DNA from: Bacteroidetes bacterium GWE2_42_24
GTDB taxonomy: Bacteria > Bacteroidota > Bacteroidia > Bacteroidales > TTA-H9
NCBI GenBank assembly: GCA_001768515.1
Contig: MEOA01000015.1
Location: 6,226-70,225 of the forward strand
DNA: 64,000 bases
Direction: 5' to 3'
In this document: one piece after another, positions 18,591 to 26,414 of the stretch
How positions within the stretch are numbered: position 1 is the stretch's first letter
Layout of the letters: each line of letters begins with the position of its first letter
Notes under the pieces: model-generated
Seen by the model: the letters and a program-made list of their open reading frames with translations, nothing else
Databases searched by the model: none
What the model was told of the DNA's origin: nothing
Position numbers and translations under genes: made by a program

Positions 18591-18711
18591 AGGATGTCCA
18601 CAGAGTTAAGAATGATTTCGCTATATAATCAGACCTTGCCTCATGGTCGCTATCTGAAGCCAAAGCCATAGTTTATGAGCGAAAAACTAATAGTAAATCC
18701 TGAGTATTGGA

Positions 18712-19842
18712 TTAACCTTCCATCAATCCCCTGCCTGTTTTTGTGATTTTTCCGGCAGCCTTCAGGTCGGTAACCAAGCGGTCGAGTACACCATTTACAA
18801 ACATCTTGCTGTTTGGCGAACTGTAGATCTTGGTCAGTTCGATGTACTCATTCATGGTGACTTTGATGGGGATGGAGTTAAACTCGGTGAGTTCGCACAG
18901 AGCCATTTGAAGGATCAGGATGTCCATGATTGAAATGCGGTCGGCTTCCCAGTTCTCGGCACGTTCAGCAATCTGTGCAAGGTATGGCTGGCGGTTGATC
19001 AGTACTTTGCGGAAAAGGCGCAAAAGGTAATCGCGGTCATCATCCTGATGCGTAGAGTCGGTTTTCAGCATTGAGGGCAAGGGAGCAAACTCATCCGAAT
19101 CGGGTGTCATTTCCCGCAGGTAGCGGTCGGTGACATAAGCAGCCATGAAGTAATCATTTTCAGGAAACATGATCGACTCTTCGCAGGTTACTTCCATATC
19201 GCCCTGATTGTCGGCCACGTAATGATACATCCTTCCAATCACATCTTTATCGATAAAGCGGAACAGATCGTTGTTTTCAAACGACTCGCTGCCCGTGATG
19301 GTGATAGTCTCTGTCTGTGCATCAGTAGCCCAAAAGATATTTTTTTCTTCAAAAAGGAACTGTACGACGGGCATCGGGAAGATGATGTCGTTGAACAGGT
19401 GGCGGACAACATCACGGTGTTCGTTGAACCCAACCGTTGGAGCCGACATATATTTTTTGTAAAAGTCAGCCTCACGTAGTTTGTTGTGAATTTTTCTGAT
19501 TACATCATCATGATCGCGCCATGAGATTTTTAACTGATCGATGCTGCGGTTGATGGCTCTGTTCGCACGGAGGCTCCCGATAAATGGATTTTCAATAAAA
19601 CGAAGGTTGGGATTGATATCCTCGGCTGTGGGAAGGTGCTTCTGTTTCCCTTCGTCAATTCTTTTTTCGGCAAAATCGGCCACTTCAAAGAGTAGCGAAA
19701 AGTGGTGAACTGTCAGTTCGAGAATCCGATCGATACTTTGGAGCAATTGGCGTTCGGCCTGATCCATGCGATCGTTTTCTGATTGAATGAAGGCATACAG
19801 TGATTGCAACACCTTGATTCGGAGATGACGGCGACTAAGCAT
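18712..19842 (-). CDS. nusB: Transcription antitermination factor NusB (long Bacteroidota form)
   Basis: Start placed at the ATG at 19842 (MLSRRHLRIKVLQSLYAF..., the canonical NusB N-terminus). The C-terminus ..ISIMDILILQMALCELTEF..IPIKVTMNEYIELTKIYSSPNSKMFVNGVLDRL is the NusB core. The track ORF extends 40 codons upstream. Confidence 0.8.
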   Translation of the reverse strand: MLSRRHLRIKVLQSLYAFIQSENDRMDQAERQLLQSIDRILELTVHHFSLLFEVADFAEKRIDEGKQKHLPTAEDINPNLRFIENPFIGSLRANRAINRSIDQLKISWRDHDDVIRKIHNKLREADFYKKYMSAPTVGFNEHRDVVRHLFNDIIFPMPVVQFLFEEKNIFWATDAQTETITITGSESFENNDLFRFIDKDVIGRMYHYVADNQGDMEVTCEESIMFPENDYFMAAYVTDRYLREMTPDSDEFAPLPSMLKTDSTHQDDDRDYLLRLFRKVLINRQPYLAQIAERAENWEADRISIMDILILQMALCELTEFNSIPIKVTMNEYIELTKIYSSPNSKMFVNGVLDRLVTDLKAAGKITKTGRGLMEG

Positions 19843-20207
19843 AAGCGACGAAGGAACGTTAATAAAATGGAGTGCAAAAGTAAGAAATTTACCGGTGCCC
19901 GGAACGCTTTTCCTAGATGTTTGCTGTTGTAATCCTGAAATATCTTTTAGATTTAGCTGCAAGTATCAAAGAATGTGTATTTTATTGTTGAACTATGATG
20001 AGTTTTCAGATGTGTAATTTTTTATCATCGGGTTGCTAACCCGGGTTGAATAGTTGGATTTTCCTGACAATCTTTTATGGGGCTGATTCTGTGCAACCAT
20101 AAAAACAATTGATTGAGGGGGAGGCTTTGGCATAAAACGTCAGCTATTTGAATTCGAAACGATTGTTCTTTTTTCTTTTGATGAATCAGCACTGCTTTAT
20201 AAAGTTG

Positions 20208-20215
20208 TACCTTTG
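20208..20215 (+). promoter_or_regulatory. -7 promoter box TACCTTTG upstream of parA
   Basis: Exact TAnnTTTG match 27 nt upstream of the ATG at 20242. Confidence 0.45.
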
Positions 20216-20241
20216 TCCCGAAGTTACGATTAAACTGTTTT

Positions 20242-21030
20242 ATGGGAAAAGTAATCGCTATTGCGAATCAAAAAGGCGGTGTCGGGAAGACCACCACTGC
20301 CATCAATCTGGGCGCCAGCCTCGCTGTTCTTGAGTACCGCACACTCCTTGTGGATGCCGATCCTCAGGCTAACGCTACATCCGGTGTGGGTTTTGATCCT
20401 AAAAACATCAAGACAAGTATCTATGAGTGCATTATTGACAATGCCGATCCAAAACAAATCATCCTTCAAACCACTACTCCCAATCTCGACATAATTCCGG
20501 CTCATATTGATCTGGTAGGTGCTGAAATCGAAATGATAGGGTTGCCTAATCGTGAGTATATGATGAAGAAGGTGATTGATCAGGTAAAAGATGATTACGA
20601 CTTCGTGATTATCGATTGTTCTCCCTCACTTGGATTGATTACCGTAAACTCTCTGACGGCTGCCGACTCGGTCATCGTTCCGGTACAATGCGAGTATTTT
20701 GCGCTCGAGGGTTTGGGAAAATTACTGAATACCATCAAAATTGTTCAGTCGCGGCTGAATACAGCCCTCGATATCGAAGGGATACTTCTGACGATGTACG
20801 ACAGCCGGCTTCGTCTGTCAAAGCAGGTGGTTGAAGAGGTGAAAACTCACTTTCAGCAGATCGTTTTCGATACCCTTATTACAAGAAATACCCGTTTGAG
20901 TGAAGCTCCGAGCTATGGCGAGACCATCATCATGTTCGACGCCAACAGCACTGGTGCTGTAAATCACCTGAATCTGGCACGTGAGATTCTTCAGAAAAAT
21001 AATCTTGCCAATACAAAACAGCCGAACTAG
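20242..21030 (+). CDS. parA: Chromosome partitioning ATPase ParA/Soj
   Basis: Deviant Walker A NQKGGVGKTTT. 262 aa. Confidence 0.9.
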   Translation: MGKVIAIANQKGGVGKTTTAINLGASLAVLEYRTLLVDADPQANATSGVGFDPKNIKTSIYECIIDNADPKQIILQTTTPNLDIIPAHIDLVGAEIEMIGLPNREYMMKKVIDQVKDDYDFVIIDCSPSLGLITVNSLTAADSVIVPVQCEYFALEGLGKLLNTIKIVQSRLNTALDIEGILLTMYDSRLRLSKQVVEEVKTHFQQIVFDTLITRNTRLSEAPSYGETIIMFDANSTGAVNHLNLAREILQKNNLANTKQPN

Positions 21031-21034
21031 AACC

Positions 21035-21934
21035 ATGACGCAGATGAAACCAAAAAAAAGTGCACTTGGAAGAGGTCTGAGTGCTATCCTTGAAAGCCCT
21101 GAAACCGATATCACCTCGAGGGATATTTCAGGTGAATTTGTCGTTGGCGCTGTAGCTTCAATCGAAATTAATAAAATAGAGGCCAATCCCTTTCAACCCC
21201 GTAATGAGTTTGAAGAACTCGCCTTGCAGGAACTCTGTGAGTCGATTAAACAGCAGGGGATTATCCAGCCCGTCACGGTACGCAAGCTTGGGTATGATAA
21301 ATACCAGCTTATTAGTGGTGAGCGGCGTCTGAGGGCCTCTAAAATGGCCGGCATGACCGATATCCCGGCCTATATCCGTGTCGCCGATGATCAGCAGATG
21401 CTGGAAATGGCATTGATCGAAAATATTCATCGCGAAGATCTGAATGCCATCGAGATTGGGATCAGCTACCAACGCTTAATGGAGGAATGCAGTCTTTCGG
21501 TCAACGATATGGCTGATCGTATCGGACAAAATCGTTCCACCATCACTAACTATATCCGGCTTTTGAAACTGCCCCCTGAAATTCAGGTTGCCATCCGCGA
21601 CCATCAGATTACGATGGGTCATGCCCGAGCATTGATTACTGTAGACAGTATGGAACAACAACTGTTGCTTCTGCGCGATGTGATCGGGCAGGATTTGTCG
21701 GTTCGTGATGTCGAGAACCGGGTGAAAGAGATTAACCAACCTGCCGTGAAAACCTTTAAGCAACCTGCAGAGAAATTGTTGCTTCCTGATCGGTTTATCG
21801 AAGCGCGGAATAGCTTAAGTGAGAAAACAGGTACGAAAATTGAGATTAAACGGAACCAACGGGGTAGGGGGGCTATCAGCATCTCGTTCCGCAGCGACGA
21901 GGAGTTTAATCGCATCCTTTCGCTATTTCAATGA
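21035..21934 (+). CDS. parB: Chromosome partitioning protein ParB/Spo0J
   Basis: Start at ATG 21035 (MTQMKPKKSALGRGLSAIL). ParB box GERRLRASKMAG and an HTH region are present. Confidence 0.9.
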   Translation: MTQMKPKKSALGRGLSAILESPETDITSRDISGEFVVGAVASIEINKIEANPFQPRNEFEELALQELCESIKQQGIIQPVTVRKLGYDKYQLISGERRLRASKMAGMTDIPAYIRVADDQQMLEMALIENIHREDLNAIEIGISYQRLMEECSLSVNDMADRIGQNRSTITNYIRLLKLPPEIQVAIRDHQITMGHARALITVDSMEQQLLLLRDVIGQDLSVRDVENRVKEINQPAVKTFKQPAEKLLLPDRFIEARNSLSEKTGTKIEIKRNQRGRGAISISFRSDEEFNRILSLFQ

Positions 21935-22623
21935 CCGCCAGACGCTTTATTCGTATAATTATTTTCATCCTGATGATGACCACAGGGTCGGTTGCCGCGC
22001 AGGTTACCGACCCTGTTGTTGCCGATTCAGCAAATAGAAAGCAGTTCACAGCGCCGGTTGTCGCTCCCGATACCAGTACTGCCACCTCTGTTGTCATTAA
22101 GCGGAAGCGGTCTGATTCGCCGACAGGCGATACTGCTGCCGTTAAGATCCATTCAGCTAAACGTGCAACCCTATATTCTATGGTACTGCCTGGTCTGGGG
22201 CAGGCTTACAACAGAAAGTACTGGAAGATACCCGTTATTTACGCCGGCCTGGGAGGATTGTTATACATGGGTATTCAAAATAGCAACGAGTACCGGCGGT
22301 GGCACGAAGCGTACCTCTACAAGGTAAATAAAGATACCTATCCCATCGACAACGAACTTGTCGACAAGTATGATGCGACCCAACTGAAGAGCCAAAGTGA
22401 TTATTACCGGCGAAATATAGAACTTACCTACATCTTTGGCTCCCTGCTTTATATTCTCAATATGGTGGATGCCACTGTAGATGCCCACCTTTTCAACTAT
22501 GACATCTCAGATGACCTTACATTCCGTTTTATTCAGGCTCCTATGGAGCAACAGGCAATGACCACTCCTTTTATACAGCCGCTTCCGCCTGTTCAGGGGC
22601 TGACGGTCACCTGGCGTTTCTGA
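21931..22623 (+). CDS. DUF5683 domain membrane protein (conserved ParB neighbour in Bacteroidota)
   Basis: The ATG overlaps the parB stop. The motif SMVLPGLGQAYNRKYWKIPVIYAGLGG is typical of DUF5683. Confidence 0.75.
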   Translation: MTARRFIRIIIFILMMTTGSVAAQVTDPVVADSANRKQFTAPVVAPDTSTATSVVIKRKRSDSPTGDTAAVKIHSAKRATLYSMVLPGLGQAYNRKYWKIPVIYAGLGGLLYMGIQNSNEYRRWHEAYLYKVNKDTYPIDNELVDKYDATQLKSQSDYYRRNIELTYIFGSLLYILNMVDATVDAHLFNYDISDDLTFRFIQAPMEQQAMTTPFIQPLPPVQGLTVTWRF

Positions 22624-22652
22624 TACTTCATCGTTAATCCCTTTCAAGATTT

Positions 22653-24542
22653 ATGAATCTTCTACTGGCCGAGAACCTGACACATACCGTCGGAGAGAAA
22701 ACCTTATTCCGAAACATTACCTTTGGTATCGACCAGGGACAGAAAACTGCGCTGATCGCTCGCAATGGAACAGGAAAAACTACCCTGCTAAACCTACTTG
22801 CCGGTATTGAGCCTCCTGACGAAGGCCTGGTGTCGAAGCGGAATGGCCTGCGTATGGCTTATCTGCCTCAGAATCCACCTATCCCGGCCGGCATCACAGT
22901 TGCTGAATATCTGTTTGCCGGCGACCATCCTGCCACTGCGGCTATGCGACGCTATGAGGTTTGTCTTGAACTCTACCGGAAAGACCATTCTACTGAAACA
23001 GAAAAGGCACTTGAAGAGGCTACTACGCTGATGGATGTCCATCAGGCCTGGGATTTTGAAAGCCGGGCCAGGGAAATAGCCGACAGGTTAGGTATCACCC
23101 AATTTGATCAATTGGCCGACAACCTTTCGGGCGGACAGCGTAAAAAGGTTGCTCTTGCAGCCGTACTCCTGGCTGAAGCGGAATTTTTAATTCTCGATGA
23201 ACCGACTAACCATCTCGACATCGAGATGACACAATGGCTCGAGAGTTATCTTTCACGTGAGAAAATGACGCTTTTGGTGGTTACCCACGACCGTTATTTT
23301 CTGGATGCCGTGTGTAACGATCTGATAGAACTTGATGGCGGGAAAATTTACAGGTACAAGGGTGGTTATAGTGAGTTTCTTTCCAGACGGGAGGAGCGGA
23401 TGGCAGCCGATGCCGCATGGCGTGAAAAAGCCATGAACCTTTATCGTACCGAACTGGAATGGATGCGCAGAATGCCTCAGGCAAGAGCCACCAAAGCCCG
23501 TTCGCGTGAAGATGCATTCTATGACCTTGAAGAGAAACTTCAGCGTCAGGGTGACAAACATTCTGACAGGGGGTTTGCCGTTAATATGCAGCGTATGGGG
23601 CGCAAAATATTGGAGATGAATAATGTGAGTAAGGCTTTCGGTGATCTTACCATTCTCGATCGGTTCTCCTATACATTTAAGCGCGGCGATAAAATTGGTG
23701 TGGTTGGCCGTAATGGCGCCGGCAAGACGACACTGTTGAGAATGATCATGGGAAAATTGGCGCAGGACAGTGGCACAATCGATGCAGGTGAAACCATCGC
23801 CTTTGGTTATTTTGAACAGGATGGATTAAAACTGCCCTCACATGAAAGGGTTATCGATCTTGTAAAGGCCATCGCTGAGGAGGTAAAAACTGGTGATGGC
23901 TCAATGGCAGCCCCTCAGTTTCTGAATTACTTTGGAATTGGTTACGACGTTCAATACGCACCCTACTCACAACTTAGTGGTGGTGAGCGCCGGAAACTAA
24001 GCCTGCTGATCACGCTCATGCAAAACCCCAATTTTTTGATACTCGATGAGCCAACCAACGACCTCGATATTCAGACATTGAATTTGCTCGAAGATTTTCT
24101 TCTTGATTTTCCGGGTTGCGTATTGGTCGTTTCGCACGATCGTTATTTTCTTGACCGGGTAGCCGACCATCTCTTCGTACTTGATGGTGTGGGTGCACTC
24201 AAGGATTTTCCTGGCAATTACAGTGGATACCGGGAATGGAAAAAGGAGCAGGAGCGACAGGCTGCCGAAGAACTGAAAAACCAGACAAAAAAACCAGAAG
24301 TTGAATCTGCCCGTCAGGCAAAGCTTGTTAGCAAACCCACCTGGGCCGAGAAAAAGGAATATGAACAACTGATAATCGACATCGCACGTCTGGAAAAGCG
24401 CAAGTTGGAGCTGTCTGATTGTATGAACAGCGGCACAGGTTCACCCGATCAGTTGATGGGATGGTCGACGGTTTATGGCGAAGTCGTTGCCGAACTCGAC
24501 ACCTGTGAACTCCGCTGGTTAGAACTCGATGAGAAAATGTAA
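22653..24542 (+). CDS. ABC-F family ATPase (two ABC domains, C-terminal coiled coil; Uup/EttA-like)
   Basis: Two Walker A motifs (ARNGTGKTT, GRNGAGKTT), two signature motifs (LSGGQRKK, LSGGERRK) and no TM segments. Confidence 0.9.
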   Translation: MNLLLAENLTHTVGEKTLFRNITFGIDQGQKTALIARNGTGKTTLLNLLAGIEPPDEGLVSKRNGLRMAYLPQNPPIPAGITVAEYLFAGDHPATAAMRRYEVCLELYRKDHSTETEKALEEATTLMDVHQAWDFESRAREIADRLGITQFDQLADNLSGGQRKKVALAAVLLAEAEFLILDEPTNHLDIEMTQWLESYLSREKMTLLVVTHDRYFLDAVCNDLIELDGGKIYRYKGGYSEFLSRREERMAADAAWREKAMNLYRTELEWMRRMPQARATKARSREDAFYDLEEKLQRQGDKHSDRGFAVNMQRMGRKILEMNNVSKAFGDLTILDRFSYTFKRGDKIGVVGRNGAGKTTLLRMIMGKLAQDSGTIDAGETIAFGYFEQDGLKLPSHERVIDLVKAIAEEVKTGDGSMAAPQFLNYFGIGYDVQYAPYSQLSGGERRKLSLLITLMQNPNFLILDEPTNDLDIQTLNLLEDFLLDFPGCVLVVSHDRYFLDRVADHLFVLDGVGALKDFPGNYSGYREWKKEQERQAAEELKNQTKKPEVESARQAKLVSKPTWAEKKEYEQLIIDIARLEKRKLELSDCMNSGTGSPDQLMGWSTVYGEVVAELDTCELRWLELDEKM

Positions 24543-24570
24543 GGGATCAAAATTTAGGGATTGGTACTGA

Positions 24571-24664
24571 TGAATATCGGGGGCCAAAGCCAAAGCCCCA
24601 TAGCTGTGGGGCTTGACATTAACATTGACTGCTGGCGCGTGATGTTGGCAGTGCGTTTGTTTCA
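24571..24664 (+). repeat. Copy 2 of the conserved intergenic element, preceded by CCAAAGCCAAAGCC words
   Basis: tatcgggGGCCAAAGCCAAAGCCCCATAGCTGTggggcttgacatTAACATTGACTGCTGGCGCGTGATGTTGGCAGTGCGTTTGTTTCA, starting 29 nt after the ABC-F stop. Confidence 0.8.
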
Positions 24665-24678
24665 CAGAGAACCGCACA

Positions 24679-24704
24679 TAGAGACGCACGGCCGTGCGTC
24701 TCTA
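24679..24704. repeat. Perfect 26-bp GC-rich palindrome TAGAGACGCACGG|CCGTGCGTCTCTA
   Basis: Self-complementary with no mismatch and no spacer. It lies in the convergent gap between the ABC-F gene and porV. Confidence 0.9.
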
Positions 24705-25030
24705 CGTCCCCCAAACTTCCCTCTAATATACTAGACTCCAGTTGAAAAGATATATGAAAAACAGCTTTAGTCCTTCTTCATTATAATGTGGATCTATTGA
24801 AGACCTGATTGTCAGTATTCTTTAAGTATAATAATTGTTACTTAATCGTCCTTAAACAATTATTGAACAGTTTTTAGACATTGGTATGAGTTATGAAAAG
24901 GGGCACCTTCGATTTTTAAACGCGGGCATTTATACTTATTGTTTAAAATTATTTAACCCTGAACTGTCAACTACGGAAATAGGTTAACTTGAGCAATGCT
25001 GCATAGAGGTATAATACAATGGGCAGCTGC

Positions 25031-25058
25031 AAAAAAAAGGCCACCTTAAGGCAGCCTT
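25031..25058 (-). terminator. Rho-independent terminator of porV
   Basis: Minus strand reads AAGGCTGCC TTAA GGTGGCCTT followed by TTTTTTT, 23 nt after the porV stop. Confidence 0.7.
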
Positions 25059-25080
25059 TGTATAATCTGGAGCAGATATT

Positions 25081-26283
25081 TTATTTCGATTCCTGAGCTT
25101 TAAAGGCATCCATGTCGAATGTGAGACTGAACCGAAGGGTATTGTCGAGAGGGTTACGTTGGTCGGTACTCACTAGGTATGAGAAATCAAGTCCAAACAC
25201 GTTGTAGCGGAGGCCGGCACCGAAGGTGAAAAACTTGCGATCACCCTTATCTGCACTTTCGTGATGATAACCACCTCTGATGGCAAACTGTTTGTTGTAC
25301 CAATATTCAACGCCCACAGCCCAGGTGATTTCTTTCAACTCTTCGCTGAAACCATCAGGAGCATCATAGAATGATTGTAACATCCCCTGAAAAACAGAAA
25401 CATTATCATTCATACCTCTCAGGATAGGCGTTTCATTGTTAACATCCACGCCGGTATCATAAATCGGGGGTGTAGGGACGAGCAGTTTGGTAAACTCAAC
25501 CGTGCCTGTAATCGTATTAAAGTTATCGATATTATAGGTGAAGGCAGGGCCAATACGTAGCTGGGTGGGGATAAAGTCTTTTTCTATATCACTGGTATAG
25601 CTGATTTTTGAACCAATGTTGGCAATGTTAACCCCCAACGCAAACTGACCCGACTGTCCGGAGGAGAAGTCGATAGGTTTACGGTAATAGATTGAAACAT
25701 CGGCAGCAACAGAAGTCCCGGCGTGGGTTTCTACATTTCCGGATCCGACTGACTGGCCCTGAGTCAGGTTTGAATAGATAAATTTTGCCGAAACAGCTCC
25801 TGACAGATGATCGGTAAATAAACGTGAGTAGGTCCCCTGAATGGTGAACTCGTTGGGTTTGTATATGCCTTTATCCGCTCCTGAGGCATCGGTAAATTGA
25901 ATTTCGCCCAGCGAAAAATATCTGAGGGAACCGGCAATTGTCTGACGTTTGTCTAGTTTGTAGTAACCCGTAAGATAACCGAGGCCGATGTCATCAACGA
26001 GTTCTTTTAGCCAGGGGCTATATGAGACTGAAAATCCCATTTGTTTGTCAATGAAAGCGTATTTTGCAGGATTCCAATGCATGGAGTTTACATCAGGGTC
26101 GGTAGCTACACCGGTTTCTCCCATTGAGCCACCACGGGCATCAGGTGCAATCAGCATAAAAGGCACGGCAGTTGTGATGGCCAGGGGACGATATACATTC
26201 GATTCCTGCGCCCGGACCATCTGGCTGTTCAGGGAAAGACCGGCTATCAGAGCCAATGAAAAATATTTCAGTTTGAAACGCAT
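25081..26283 (-). CDS. porV: T9SS outer-membrane channel/shuttle protein PorV (LptO)
   Basis: Signal peptide, then the hallmark ITTAVPFMLIAPDARGGSMGETGVATDPDVNSMHWNPAKYAF. 400 aa beta-barrel adjacent to porU. Confidence 0.9.
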   Translation of the reverse strand: MRFKLKYFSLALIAGLSLNSQMVRAQESNVYRPLAITTAVPFMLIAPDARGGSMGETGVATDPDVNSMHWNPAKYAFIDKQMGFSVSYSPWLKELVDDIGLGYLTGYYKLDKRQTIAGSLRYFSLGEIQFTDASGADKGIYKPNEFTIQGTYSRLFTDHLSGAVSAKFIYSNLTQGQSVGSGNVETHAGTSVAADVSIYYRKPIDFSSGQSGQFALGVNIANIGSKISYTSDIEKDFIPTQLRIGPAFTYNIDNFNTITGTVEFTKLLVPTPPIYDTGVDVNNETPILRGMNDNVSVFQGMLQSFYDAPDGFSEELKEITWAVGVEYWYNKQFAIRGGYHHESADKGDRKFFTFGAGLRYNVFGLDFSYLVSTDQRNPLDNTLRFSLTFDMDAFKAQESK

Positions 26284-26414
26284 AGGATAATTAGTTTTCC
26301 TCTTAGAGATGTGTTTGTACGGTTATTAACGTAGTGTTTCCAAAAAAGTATGCAAAACTAAGGAATATTTCTAAAAAATCATTTCAACAGGGATCAGTCC
26401 CTTTCAATATAGAG

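Noticed and set aside
18712-19842. Unusually long NusB (376 aa versus ~140 aa in E. coli) as a possible novel fusion.
   Set aside because: Long NusB forms with an extra N-terminal/middle region are, as far as I recall, the norm in Bacteroidota. This is lineage-typical rather than novel.
19843-19962. 40-codon upstream extension of nusB in the track.
   Set aside because: The conserved NusB N-terminus (MLSRRHLRIKVLQSLYAF) begins at the ATG at 19842. The extension has no homolog-like features.
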